Assembly (NCBI GenBank): GCA_037447605.1
Contig: CM074815.1
Location: 1,178,001-1,242,000 of the forward strand
Direction of reading: 5' to 3'
Length of the DNA stretch: 64,000 nucleotides
From: Zygnema circumcarinatum SAG 698-1b
Lineage: Eukaryota > Plantae > Zygnematophyceae
Every line of letters starts with the position of its first letter. The stretch's first letter is position 1. The notes beneath the pieces are model-generated. The model was not told the origin of the DNA. It made no database searches and saw only the letters and a list, made by a program, of their open reading frames with translations. Both the position numbers and the translations under genes were made by a program. This document shows, piece by piece, positions 13,453 to 32,034 of the stretch.

Positions 13453-13505
13453 CCAATAGGTGAGTGCCACGTGTAATATATATACACGTGGCATGACTCT
13501 ATTGG
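13453..13505. promoter_or_regulatory. Palindromic CCAAT / G-box / TATATA / G-box / CCAAT module
   Basis: ccaatag-gtgag-tgccacgtgta-atatata-tacacgtggca-tgact-ctattgg: an 11-bp perfect inner inverted repeat plus a 7-bp outer one, ~350-400 bp upstream of EGT1. Regulatory function is inferred. Confidence 0.45.
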
Positions 13506-14055
13506 CCCATGGTCAGGTACTGTTCGGAGTTGGAGAAACTTCGTCGGAGTTTGACGATTACGACAAAGCACGAAAGCCGACGTATTAGCGTGGTATGACG
13601 TCACTATGTACGGCCGCAGGGGGATCCAGTGGGCCGACGTCTGAGATAGCGTACGGTCGGCGAGAATCGAGTTTGGTTGCCAATCGACGGCAGAGAGGGC
13701 GCCATCCGGAGATGATCGTGTGGATCTGGATGGTACGGACACGTGTAGCGACTACTGCGGATAGCGTGGCCGAGATAGCGACAATGTGCCGTACCGTACG
13801 GTAATTGTCGGCATGTTCCAGGGAGGCAGATTTTGGAAGGGCAGGTTCCAGGGTACCATTCGTCGGGCGGGTATGGATATTTGGGGGGTGGGTTTGGGGT
13901 TAGAATCTGGGTCTGTACGGATGTATCCGTTAGGTTTGCTGGTTTTGTTTGGGAGTTAAGTGCCCTCTCCCTTAAAACAAGGCTGGTGACGACTCACACG
14001 TGTTAGTGACGCATGCAGATGTTGCAGTACAGTACTTGGTAAAAAGGTTATGGTA

Positions 14056-16671
14056 CAGTGGGGGGTCCTCGTATTTACCACCCCAAGGAGTGCGCTGTAG
14101 CGTTACGGAGCTGCGTTCGACGGATCCGCGTCCGTTCAATTGTACTTGACATATGCCTCTTCCGTGTCACGGATCAACGGGATCCAGGAGCTGCCAACGG
14201 AGATTGAGAGTAGGCGGCGCCATGCGTTGGCGGCCCACGGAACAGCACACCATCCAGCAAGGCGCACCCGGGAACACCGCCAGAGGCCGCCGATTATCAT
14301 TCGTTGACCTATCCGAAGGCTCCACGTAGTCAGTCAGGCCTCTCAGTGGGCAGTTAGCCAATCAGAGGCTGTCACTACTAAGACTCAAGATCTNNNNNNN
14401 NNNAGGCAACCGACATGTAAGACCACATTACATGAACGCTACAGATCCACGACAAGATCGACTCTACCAGCAGTTCCTGAAGACACAGAATCAACAGCTG
14501 TTCGATCCCTACGCTACATCTGCTCGGAACAAGCCTTCCTTCTCCGGCGCCACTGCTCAGGACGGCCGGACAGCCCCTGTGGTGCAGCCTCTGGCCATAG
14601 CCAGCACAACCAAGCCCCTTCCCCTTTCCCCATACCCTCATGATCCGGCNNNNNNNNNNCTGCGTTGCGGACCATGGACCTGCACCTTCTGTCAGATCAC
14701 GGGACATGATGCCCGTGTGTGCATGCGGAGACTCTCGAGTGAGAAGGCCCGAAAGGGGAAAGAGGCGGCAGCAGGGAACTCACCTGCCGAGATCACTTTC
14801 ATGGATATGCTCCCGGCTTCTCCCCCACCCTCAAGAACACCGGCTCCCTTTCGCCCGCCGCCACCTCCTTCACCCGCTTACACCATCCTGCAACGACCAC
14901 CTATCCATCTGCACCCCATGGACTCCCCTTCCCTGTCGAACGTATTGGGTGCTGAGCCCGATCCTGCTACCCGATCACGCACTGCCCAGGTTGCCGCGGC
15001 ATTTCAACCGGCTTTATCAGAATCACCCATCACTTCTGAAGCTGAGGCTCAAGCCCGGATCGCCGAGATTGCGACTGCCCTTCGCAGGCTCCCTGTCAAC
15101 CGAGGCGATCCTCATTCTCATCCTCTGCCATTCCTCCCTGCCAATGTCACCGGCGCCAGTTCCTCGGGCACGGCTCCATCGGTCGCCACCCCTGTCCGAA
15201 GAACTTCAGTCATCCCTCCCTCCACGGGTCATCCCTTGGGATCCCTACCTGAGGAGGACATTGAAGATCTCAATGAAGAGGAGCCGCCAGCGGCGCAACC
15301 AGAGCCGACGCCACCGGCGACCGAAGAGATGCACGTCAACCCTCCACACCGCCCACGGGCAGCCCGTTTCTACCCCCAAGCAGCCGATCGTCGNNNNNNN
15401 NNNGCATTACCTTGTCACAGTTGATGCAACTGGTTCCAGGTGCTGCCGCCGTAGTTCGAAAGCTGGCCGACAGTGCAGAGGCCACCCTGCGGCCTCCCAC
15501 GGCTCCTATGGCATCTCCTCCGGACGTCCCCTCGCCGGCCGATATCCACCACATGGCTACGGCGCCTCCGCCGGACCCAGTCCGCTCCCCTCGCCATCCT
15601 CCTCGCCAGATTCAGATCCTCCCTCTCATCCCAACGCCCAACGTGCGGATCATTGTCAATGTATGGCTCAACGGTCATCCCAGCAAAGCCATGATCGACA
15701 CGGGGGCTATGCGCACAGTTCTGTCCAAGCCTGTGATGAAGGCGGCAGGGGTCAAGTTGGACAAGACGCTTGAGCCCATCCCCCGATATGTGGGAGTTGA
15801 AGGGAGCTTACATGAAGGATTGGGAAGCGCCCAAGTGGTCATCAGTCTTGGCGAGATGGGAGCCACAGTGAATGCAGTCATCACAGCCGCTGAACACTAT
15901 TCTATTCTGCTGGGCTCAGATTGGCTCATCGCGATGGGAGCACAAATCGATTTTGCNNNNNNNNNNCTGTCACTATGCCAAGCCACTATCCTATTCTATC
16001 CTGCCTTACACTCATCCCAATGACCGATGATAACTAGAAGCTTGGCTAAGAGACTAGCCGAGGAGAGGACAGGGGAAGAGAGCCCCCAAGGAAGGGCTCT
16101 TTGCGCATCGAGTCCAGCCGCCGGTGGGAACATCTTCAGGATCCCTACGTCTTCCGCTGCGCGTACCTCTGAATCCCCCGGATCCTGGCTCTATGCTGCA
16201 GGCAGACCCACAGAACCAACCCAACCCTTCATTAGTTTCAGCACGGACGCGCGTGTGGCCGTACAGCATCTGCAACTAGCTCAGCAGTCTTCTCTTAACC
16301 CCACATATCTTGTGCTACACACACCTGATCTCCCCGCTCGTGCCGGTAAGAGGCGCTCGCTCTTCTCCCCGTCTTTTTGACTTCGACACGATACGATACG
16401 ATACGGCCAATACGATACGAAACTCCCCGATGGTTGGATGACGACAGTATGTACGACAATATATGCGTCACGATATGTCACGGTACGATACGATTCTAAA
16501 TGATACAGTACGATACGGTACGATATGGTGAGATACGATACGTACGGTTCAACATGAACTCTAACATAATACCGCCCGTCTATTCGTAACACGAACCTTA
16601 TATATGCAAATTTAATATTTTCGCCTCATTTTGCCCGGAACCAGGGTGGAAAATATGAGGACCCCCTACTG
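14056..16671. mobile_element. Tc1/mariner-type non-autonomous TIR element (shell 1) containing an LTR retrotransposon
   Basis: TA|CAGTGGGGGGTCCTCGTATTTACCACCC at 14056 and GGGTGGAAAATATGAGGACCCCCTACTG|TA ending at 16671 (25/28 inverted match). Subterminal (ACGAT)n array at ~16385-16550. Confidence 0.75.
14096..16319 (+). mobile_element. Ty3/gypsy LTR retrotransposon, family Z copy 1 (gap-riddled)
   Basis: Starts TGTAGC (14096) and ends GCTACA (16319). Has a Gag CCHC knuckle CTFCQITGHDARVC and an aspartic protease KAMIDTGAMRTVLS...YSILLGSDWL (15412-15956). LTR parts match 40598-40890, 41267-41610 and 54205-54370. RT/INT are not visible because of N gaps. Confidence 0.75.
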
Positions 16672-18702
16672 TACAGTACTGTACAGTACAGTCTCATCCG
16701 TACAGTTCTGCTCCGGCTGATTGTTTCCGTACAGCCCCTTCCTCCCGCTGACGGGGCTTCTAATTGGCCGAGAAGGCTCCGAGGCCTCGCGTGTCGCCCT
16801 CTGATTGGACGGCCACAGTTTGGGTTCCCCGCCCTGTTTTTGGGAGCCAGTCACCGCACACGTGGCACGCTGTACACGTGGCATCCAGTACACGTGGCAC
16901 TCGACGCGAGGCATTTTATCCACAAGGTCATCCGACATGGCGAATGGGCAGGCGCCAGTTGGCATGAGTGCATGCTAGGCGGCAGAACGGGCGAGCCGTG
17001 CTGGCAGCCGTCCGGACGTTCGGGCATGGCAGAGATTCTCGCTTACGTGGCGCCATATGATTGGATATGAAAATGACTTCTCGTCCTCGCACAAGAAGTC
17101 AAAACCACACTGTCCGGCTGGCCGGCCAGAAACTGCGGAGGAACGACCTCATAAACACGAAGGGGTGACGTAGGTGGACTAGCGTAATGGCTCTCATGGT
17201 CTCGTCAGTCGCCGGCGGGCGGGCGGGTGGGACCGTACGAAATCGGGTATTGGCACAGCCCGAACGCGAACGTGCACACCCCACGCAAAGTGCCGAGAGT
17301 TGGGCGTGTTAGGCAGGCCTCGACATTTNNNNNNNNNNCTGTCACTATGCCAAGCCACTATCCTATTCTATCCTGCCTTACACTCATCCCAATGACCGAT
17401 GATAACTAGAAGCTTGGCTAAGAGACTAGCCGAGGAGAGGACAGGGGAAGAGAGCCCCCAAGGAAGGGCTCTTTGCGCATCGAGTCCAGCCGCCGGTGGG
17501 AACATCTTCAGGATCCCTACGTCTTCCGCTGCGCGTACCTCTGAATCCCCCGGATCCTGGCTCTATGCTGCAGGCAGACCCACAGAACCAACCCAACCCT
17601 TCATTAGTTTCAGCACGGACGCGCGTGTGGCCGTACAGCATCTGCAACTAGCTCAGCAGTCTTCTCTTAACCCCACATATCTTGTGCTACACACACCTGA
17701 TCTCCCCGCTCGTGCCGCCGTAAGAGGCGCTCGCTCTTCTCCCCGTCTTTTTGACTTCGACACGATACGATACGATACGGCCAATACGATACGAAACTCC
17801 CCGATGGTTGGATGACGACAGTATGTACGACAATATATGCGTCACGATATGTCACGGTACGATACGATTCTAAATGATACAGTACGATACGGTACGATAT
17901 GGTGAGATACGATACGTACGGTTCAACATGAACTCTAACATAATACCGCCCGTCTATTCGTAACACGAACCTTATATATGCAAATTTAATATTTTCGCCT
18001 CATTTTGCCCGGAACCAGGGTGGAAAATATGAGGACCCCCTACTGTACAGTACTGTACAGTACAGTCTCATCCGTACAGTTCTGCTCCGGCTGATTGTTT
18101 CCGTACAGCCCCTTCCTCCCGCTGACGGGGCTTCTAATTGGCCGAGAAGGCTCCGAGGCCTCGCGTGTCGCCCTCTGATTGGACGGCCACAGTTTGGGTT
18201 CCCCGCCCTGTTTTTGGGAGCCAGTCACCGCACACGTGGCACGCTGTACACGTGGCATCCAGTACACGTGGCACTCGACGCGAGGCATTTTATCCACAAG
18301 GTCATCCGACATGGCGAATGGGCAGGCGCCAGTTGGCATGAGTGCATGCTAGGCGGCAGAACGGGCGAGCCGTGCTGGCAGCCGTCCGGACGTTCGGGCA
18401 TGGCAGAGATTCTCGCTTACGTGGCGCCATATGATTGGATATGAAAATGACTTCTCGTCCTCGCACAAGAAGTCAAAACCACACTGTCCGGCTGGCCGGC
18501 CAGAAACTGCGGAGGAACGACCTCATAAACACGAAGGGGTGACGTAGGTGGACTAGCGTAATGGCTCTCATGGTCTCGTCAGTCGCCGGCGGGCGGGCGG
18601 GTGGGACCGTACGAAATCGGGTATTGGCACAGCCCGAACGCGAACGTGCACACCCCACGCAAAGTGCCGAGAGTTGGGCGTGTTAGGCAGGCCTCGACAT
18701 TT
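15967..18702 (+). repeat. Near-identical direct duplication of ~1.36 kb (15967-17328 and 17339-18702), probably an assembly artefact
   Basis: Both copies start at the same base after a 10-N gap; I noticed only a 2-nt indel between them. Confidence 0.85.
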
Positions 18703-19120
18703 AAGGAAACCCATGTACGAGATCCCTTAAATCCCATATATTGATTACTGTATTGGCCAACCCTTAGAATGTGTCATAGGAGATTGGTTTGGTAGAGTTA
18801 TAGTGTTCAAGCTTGCAGTGGGGTGCTTCACTTCATTGTGTGTAGTTGAATCTGGTGCTTGCAGTCTTTGGATGAGCATGTCCAACTATATCTAAGTTGG
18901 ACGGCCCCAAACGTGCATGTCGGCACCAGCACGTTGCTCCCTCCCTTCCTCAACACGTGAACAATTTTCCTTGATCAACAACGATTGAATGAATTCAACT
19001 GTCAACAAATGAATTGACCAAATGAATTGTTGTTGTTCAAGCCTTCAACTTCTGAACAATAATTTGTTAGCTTTGTCGTGCAAGAAACTTGAAGGTTGAA
19101 CCCCAAACTGTTCCCGTTCC

Positions 19121-22100
19121 ATGCTCCAGTTCTGGCAATTCGTGCAACGACAGCAGCTGCCGTTCCATGCCCCCAAGCCACCCCCCCCGCCGCCTCCGCC
19201 CCCCGTCGCTCTCTCAGGCTCCCTCCCGCTATGGTTGCTCCCCTGTCCCCCCTTCCCTGCGGCGTCCTCCGGGTGGATGACACGTGGCGGCAGCAGAGGC
19301 AGCGCTCCCCCGCCGGAGACGCCACGTGTCGTGCTCGTCTCCCGGCACACGTGGCCCTTCTTGAGCACGGGGAGGGTCAGAACCTTGGGAGACATCTACT
19401 TGGGGGGGAGGGGCGGAGGGAGGGCCATGGCGGAGGGGGGAGGGGAAGGGGAGGCTGCAGGGGGGGAGGGGATTAGGGTGAATGGAAGTTCTGCAATAGT
19501 GTCTGTGCAGGGCCTTGCTGAGCCTGCTGAGGGCGGTGAGTGGGAGGGAGAGCAAGGACGGAGGGGGGAAGGAGGGGGAGGGGGAGGGGGTCGGAGGAAG
19601 TTGGATGCGAAAGAAGGAGAAAGCGAGGCTATGGACGTTGATATTGAAAATCAGGCCGAGGAGGAAGATGCAGGGCTGAGAGCAATTCGGACCAAATTGG
19701 AATCGAGGAGAGGAGATGGGAAGGAAGGGTCTGAGAGGGAGACAGTGGAGGCTAGAGAAGCATTACTGGGTGTTAGGGAGAGTCAAGGGCTGCCTACGGC
19801 TTCAAGGTCAGTGGAGAATGGAGTGCAGGTCATTTGGCTGAAACGTTCGGAAGTTCGAAAATTAACATTGAGATACTGCAAATCCGAAGGTCTTACCATT
19901 GCGTGTCCTAATTATTAATTAGAACTTCCTTTCAGAATATTTGATTTAGCTTTTGAGACTATCAGTCTGAATAAGTTCAAACTGCTGAATTGGTCGACGT
20001 CTTTTTGACTAAAGGTTCAACGGGATTATTGTCCCTTTGCTGGTCTATGTCCAACTTAGGTTCCAGACAAATGGCTAGTTGATCATCTTTATAATACTGT
20101 TAAGTAATTGAGGTAGGCTGACGCATGTAAGTGTGGTTGTCACAACCGGCAACTAGAAGGCAATTTGTACTTGTCGTCAATTTGGGAGTCGCATCTTAAT
20201 CCTTGTATAGAGACCTCTGTAAATTAAGTGCTTCTTTCCTTTTACTGCTGAAGCTGTTGACAAGAGATTTTACAGTACTACCTCCTTTAGTAATTACTTC
20301 CTATTTCCCTTAGGCTAATTTTGAGTAGCTAATGTCGCTCTTTTCTGTGAGCAGGAGCATTCACGGGTCCGGGGGGCCTTACGCACCTCAAGGGTGGTCT
20401 TGGCGCATCATGATAGGAGAGTTCACAAAAGACGAGTCTCCTTTGGGAGGTATCAAGTATTGCCAGAATGGGACAAGTATGTCGAATACACTTTTGCTTT
20501 CTGTCCCTTTTCTCCATGTAGGTTCGTACACCTTTGTGTTAAACATCTAATCATCGTGCAAACTTGACAAAACACCGATGAGATTAGGGTACTGAATTAA
20601 TTATACCTGAATACATTCAAACCATCTGTTGCCGGTGCAGTTTGTTCCTGCATCATTTGTCGACAGCATGTTGTCGTATCTAAGTGTCCGGTCGCAACTT
20701 CTGTGATGCAGGCATGATTTTCAATGGGAGAAGGTCCTTAGTAAAACATTTCATGGGGACGAACAACTGGGAGGAGAGTCTGGCTCAGGAATATGTGGAC
20801 AGAGAATTTCCTCAACACAGGATCCTCCTGCCTGCAGATCCGGCCGTGTCCGGTTTGTCCAAAAGGTCATTTGATACTCCTGGCAGCTTGGAGGGGAGTG
20901 AAAAATCAGACGGCTTGTGTTCGGAAAGGAAAGGAGAAGACGACAGCTTGGTGGGAGCAGGAGGACGGCGTGTTAGGAGACGAGTTACTATAGAGTTGAA
21001 ACTTCCGATGGAGGAAGAGGAAATAGAAGAAGGGAGAGACATCCAAAAGTGTGTGCAGGCTTCTGTGGCACCGAGTAATGAATTTCATTCAGTTCAAGAA
21101 AACGCAGTAATTCAATACACTGACAGCGCACTGAGGATTAAGAGGGTAAAGGAAAGATTGAGAGAGTTTCTACGCAGGAAAAGGGCATGGCCAAATTGGA
21201 AGGGGAGATTTGACCCAGAATTACTGGAGTATTTGCGGAATGTGCGCAATGAGGGGCCAGAGCAGCTGAAGGTACGTTGAAAGCTGGAGAAATTTCACTA
21301 TGAAACTGTGATATCAATTGTGTGCGCTTATAGGGATGTAGAATGCACTTTAGCTTTGTGCCAAATAGCCACAATATGCTAGTTGTGTGTTGAAGAAGCT
21401 TGTGGGAAAGGTTACATATGCTGTCAGGCCAGCAGCAAGCTGAGCATGGGGAAAGCTCGATCGTTGCTCTGCTATGGAGTACTGCGCAAGGTGTCATCAC
21501 CTCGCTATTGAGGAGTCCTTTGCACTCAAATGCAACTTGGAGTTGTTCTGGAAACTGGAAAGAAAGTTGAAGTGGTGTTGGCTGCCAATGCGGTTCGACT
21601 GAGATCTTGCTTTGTTGAATCAATGCGTTGGTTCGTTATATTTCTACTGAGTTTACTGTCTTTGCGCAGTTGTTTGGTTGTTTTGGGTGTTATTTATTTT
21701 ATTTGTTAATGTGATTCATGTTCTTCTGGTGTAGAAACAAAGTTACAATGTTTCCTCAATTGGCAGCTCCAACCTGGAGATTCTGACCCTCTCCTCGTTT
21801 CTGTTGGGACATTGATGGCGGCTGCAGGAGTTTCAGGACATATTTTTGAACCACAACTTGGGAGAAGACTTTCTTCTGAAGCAGAGAAAGGGAGTTCTAG
21901 TTATACTTACAATACTAATGAGTCACTCTGCAGGGGTAAGGCGTGAGACAAAAACGCAGTTAGTAAAGTCCATTGTCACCTCTGCACCGTGGATGGAGCG
22001 AATGAGGGGAGACAATCCGACAAGGGAAGAAGCTGCTCAGGAAAGAGGGGAGACCGTACAGGATGATTCAGGTCCTGCTGAGGACAGTGAGGACAATGAG

Positions 22101-22883
22101 TTGTGTAAGCTTCTTGATTGGTCCGTCTCTCCAGAGTGCAAGGAGACTGTTACTTCAGCAAAGGAAGTACAACGTGGTGAAGCAATAGTGAGGTCTGATG
22201 GTGAGAAGGCAGCGGAGGATGGATCTGAGAAGGGAGTGCTGGTTGTGGTCGGACAAACAGAAGCAGTTGGGAACAAGTCGGACTTGTCTGTGCCTGCTGC
22301 TGCTTTTTCAGGGGAAATTGAAGCAGCAGGGGCATATGAGGATGCAGATGAGGATGCCCTGGCTATGGAGGACTTAAAGAATCAGATGCAGGATGTCAAA
22401 GGAAGGCTGCTCTTGCAATTGTCGCAGCACCGGCGAAAAGTTTCCACTCTACAAGAGTTAGCTAAGCAAGCGAATGATGCTGCAAGTGAAGCAGAGAGGG
22501 ACGTTGAGGAGGCGAGGATCAGGTTAAAGGCGGCAGAAGCAACTCTGGAAGCCGCACAAAGTCGCGCGAGAAAGATTGCAACGACAATAGAAGCCTCCCC
22601 AGTTTTTAGGTCACAGGTAGAAACCGACATTGAGGAGCGACTGGTGATGCTGGAGGCTAAGGGAGAGGAGTGCGAGGCTGCTCTGAGAGAGCATCTTGTC
22701 CTGCAGAAGCAGTTGGAACGAGTTCCGAAACTGCCCAGGGACGATGAGGCAATGTCAGCATACGTGAAGGTTCATCTCGCAGTGGCTGGGAGTCTGCAGA
22801 AGTATCAAGCAAAGAGGAGGGAGATGCAGGTGCTTGGAGGGGGATTGGTGAAGGAGGAGAACGATGAGGCGCAGGAACTGTAG
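19121..22883 (+). CDS. Spliced gene of unknown function, Gly/Glu-rich N-terminus and coiled-coil C-terminus; start uncertain
   Basis: Phase-consistent exons 20060-20103, 20355-20449 and 20712-21271 join to VPDKWLVDHLYNTVKSIHGSGGPYAPQGWSWRIMIGEFTKDESPLGGMIFNGRRSLVKHF. The last exon lies in ORF 21846-22883 and is heptad-rich (LKNQMQDVKGRLLLQLSQHRRKVSTLQELAKQANDAASEAERDVEEARIRLKAAEATLEAAQ). Confidence 0.55.
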
Positions 22884-24158
22884 GGTTAACTCCATGTACA
22901 GTGCGGGGTAAATGAAAGCTTAGGTAGCTGTTTTTCATGAAGGTGGAGCGAGTTTGCTCGTAGGATTTAGAATAAAGATCTGCTCGTAGGATTTAGAACA
23001 AAGATCATAAAATGTACAAAATCCATATGCTACAACGCAATAATTTTGAAATTAGAGTTCCGGCTTGAACGATACAAACCGTCTTCAATGTTTGATAGCC
23101 ATGCTTCCCTATATGTCAAACATCCCTCTGTCTTTTTCCTTATCTTGCAGTTTCTGGCAAAAGCCTCCGGCGTACACAATATTGAATACAACCAAACCAT
23201 GCCATTTTTGTGCCAATGCAAAAATAGGGCACCCTGGTGGTTGCCATATTATTCAGGTATCATAGTGATGATGCGGATTGGTATTTGGTTTATCATGGCG
23301 ATGCCATCAAATATAGGCATGGACAGAGGTCATCACAACCTCGGCGTTTCTTGTAGAGCTGCAACATGCGTCGGCGAATCTCTCCCTTGTCTCTGAAAGC
23401 AGGGAGGGATGAGCACTGCTGGTGAACTCCAGAACTGCAAAGCGAGTCAGTGAACGATGAATCCGCACCGCATCAATATATGCAGGACCAAATCGTCCAT
23501 TATTGCCAAATGGGCAAATGTCGATATAATGAAAAGCCCCATTTAACGTGAATGTTGGCTGGAGTATACTATTCTGTCAGTGCTTGATGAAGGAGGGCGG
23601 TGAAGGAGGTTACTGATTCATTGTTTTCTATATCATCACTGTTACAGGAAACGAGAGCTAAAGAAAGAGTGGGTAATTTGATAATTTCAACAATTCCTCA
23701 ATGCTTATTTATTGTTTAGGGTAACTTTTTCATCATTCAACACAGGGCACGTGAAAAGCAATAGTGATGCCTTTGCATGAAGGGGTGTAGTGGAAATTTG
23801 GTGAGCTATGAAAATAGATTCAACTAAAATGACACGAGGAAACTCAGCATCACAACACTGAACTGATTCAAACATCATTTCCACTGCACTTCAGTTCCAC
23901 CATATTTCCCCTTTATATTCCCATTCGCCCACACCCTTTCAAGAATGAAGTACATAAAACAATTCTGTGACAAGTTTTGCTTCTCCCTCTCTACCCTCAG
24001 CAACCTCCCCGAGTACAACCCAAGGCCTGCAACCTTGTGAATGAATCTACATGCCCTGTTCGTAAGTATAACCTGCTCGAAGCAACTTCTAAACCCTTGT
24101 ACACCTCAAAACCCTTGTACACCCCGCACCCCAACAGACATAAACCCAATAAGAAATG

Positions 24159-29572
<5,414 letters not shown>

Positions 29573-30555
29573 GCAAGAAGAAACGCCTTTCTTGTAAATG
29601 GTCAACTGGACAAAATGACCACATTACTGTTGAAGATTTCTATTATTTGGAATTATTGCTTTGCTAATTGCTAGTCTGGTCAGTCTAGAAATCACAACTT
29701 CATTGACTTCCCGTGAAAAGGTTCTGAAAATGAAGGAAACCATTGACAATCGCAATCCTAGATTTCGTTGCGGATGTGCCTAGCAGCAATACGTTTCATT
29801 CACTATGAAACGTATTATGCTCACATTAACGCCTAAAATGCTATTGTTTCGAATGCTAAGTACACCCAGAATTAGAAAAATCCCGTGGATTTAAAGGGAC
29901 CAGGAGCAGCTCAGCCAAATAGAATGTTTATCTGCAATAAGCAGGATAAAAAAGTGAACCTCGTATTAAATGTCAAGCAAATGATAAGCACTAACCTTTC
30001 CTTACAAGTCATGGCGAATAAGACGGGAAGGGAGCAGAGCGGACCTCGTCGGAGAGGAAGGCGTTTGCTGGCGCGAAGATACATGCGAGGGCGAGGGCGG
30101 CTCCTGCCGCCGCCATGGCCAGACGCCGCGCTCCCGCCGCCATGCTGCCTGACGCCGCAGATGAGCGCCGCTGAGGCGCTCTGCATGGCTTTGCATGCGC
30201 GCCGGCTCCCGCCGGCGAGGGCGACGGCCTTCGCGGCGCGCAGTGGCGGCGGTCCCCAGGAGGGCCCTCGGGCCGAACTTACTGAGGGTGGTTCGTCAGG
30301 CAATGAGTGGCCGCCACGTTTCATAAGGGAGATTCTCATAATCCCGAATAGCATGACATGGCGAGCTCTCATTCGACATCTTGTACGATGAAGGGTGCCG
30401 TCCATCCAATAGGAATCGTCAATTGTCCGTACGGAGAGCGCACCGTGCGGGCGGAGCTGCCGAGAGGGAGGGCGGCCGATTGTGGATGGCGAAAAGGGGA
30501 AATGTCGATGGGGGGGGGGAGGGGGTCGAATCGCGCCGACGGCCATACTGTAGAC

Positions 30556-32034
30556 CGAAACGAGATGAATTGGAATATATCGAATTGAGATGAATTAAAA
30601 TATATTGATTCGAGAGTAATTGGAATATATCGATTCTGGATGAACTAGAATATATCGCATCGAGGTAAAATAGAATATATTGACTAGCGGACTCTAAGGA
30701 ATTTGTGTGAATCAAAATGAATTAGAATATATCGAATCGCAAACAAATTGAAATATATCGATTGGATGAACTGGAATAAATCGAATCGATTGAATGCAAA
30801 AAAACGTTTCGAAATGAACTGGAATATATCGAATCAATATGAATTGAAATATATCGAATGGAGATAAATTGAACTATATCGTATCGACCAAGCTTAAATA
30901 TATCGAGTTACGATGAACCGAAATATATCGACTTTAGGTGAACTGAAATATATCGAATCGGAATAAAATAGAATATATCGAGTGAATAGGAAAATAAATA
31001 GATCGAATCGAGAAAAAATAAAATATATCGACGTGAAGTAAACTGAAATATATCGAGCCGGAAGAAAATAGAATATATCGAGTCGAGATGAAAACAAGTA
31101 TATCGTATCAGGATGAAATACAATATATCGAGTCGAGAAGAAAATAAATATATCGTATCGGGATAGAATAACATATATTGACTTGGGGTGAACTCAAATA
31201 TATCAAATCGGCATAAAATAGAATATATCGAACCGAGATGAAAACTAATATATCGAGTCGGAATAAAATAGAATATATCGACCTGAGGTGAACTGAAATA
31301 TATCGAATCGGAATACGATCAAATATATCGGATTGAAAAAGAAATAAGTATATCGTATCGGGAAAAAATAAAATATACTGACTTGGGGTGAACTGAAATA
31401 TATCGAGTCAGCATAAAATAGAATATATCGAACCGATTTGAACTTAAATATATCGCATCGGGATAAAATCGAATATATCGAACCGAGTTGAAGTTAAATA
31501 TATCGCATCGGGATAAAACAGGATATATCGACGTGTGGTGAACTGAAATATATCGCATCGGAATAAAACAGGATATATCGACGTGGGGTGAACTGAAATA
31601 TATCGCATCGAAATAAAAGACGATATATCGACTTGGGGTGAACTGAAATATATCGAATCGGAATACGATTGAATATATCCCGCCGATATGAAAATGAATA
31701 TATCGATTGAGGATGAAATAGAATATATCAATTTGGGGTGAACTGAAATATATCGAATTGGGATAGAATAGAACATATCGACCTTTGGTGCACTGAAATA
31801 TATCGCATCGGAATAAAATAAAATATATCGTATCGATTTGAAAATGAATATATCGATTGGGGATAAAACAAAATATATCGACTTGGGGTGAACTGAAATA
31901 TATCGCATCGAAATACAATGGAATATATCGTATCGATATAAAAATAAATATATCGATTGTGGATAAAATAGAATATATCGATTTGGAATGAACTGAAATA
32001 TATCGAATTGGGATAGAATAGAATATATCGACTT
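30556..32034. repeat. AATATATCG-core satellite, 25-bp monomers in 50-bp dimers (left arm)
   Basis: Consensus dimer AATATATCGACTTGGGGTGAACTGA + AATATATCGAATCGGAATAAAATAG; it degenerates toward 30556. Confidence 0.9.

Noticed and set aside
12991-13456. GE- and GR-repeat ORFs upstream of EGT1
   Set aside because: They are translations of the (GGAGAG)n leader; EGT1 has its own ATG at 13109 in good context.
15967-18702. Biological tandem duplication of an LTR/MITE end
   Set aside because: Copies begin at the same base after identical 10-N gaps and are nearly identical, which fits a contig placed twice; long reads are needed to settle it.
29911-30546. Mutator transposase hint (YWMDGTL)
   Set aside because: Single short motif in a GC-rich low-complexity ORF, with no other catalytic residues or TIRs.
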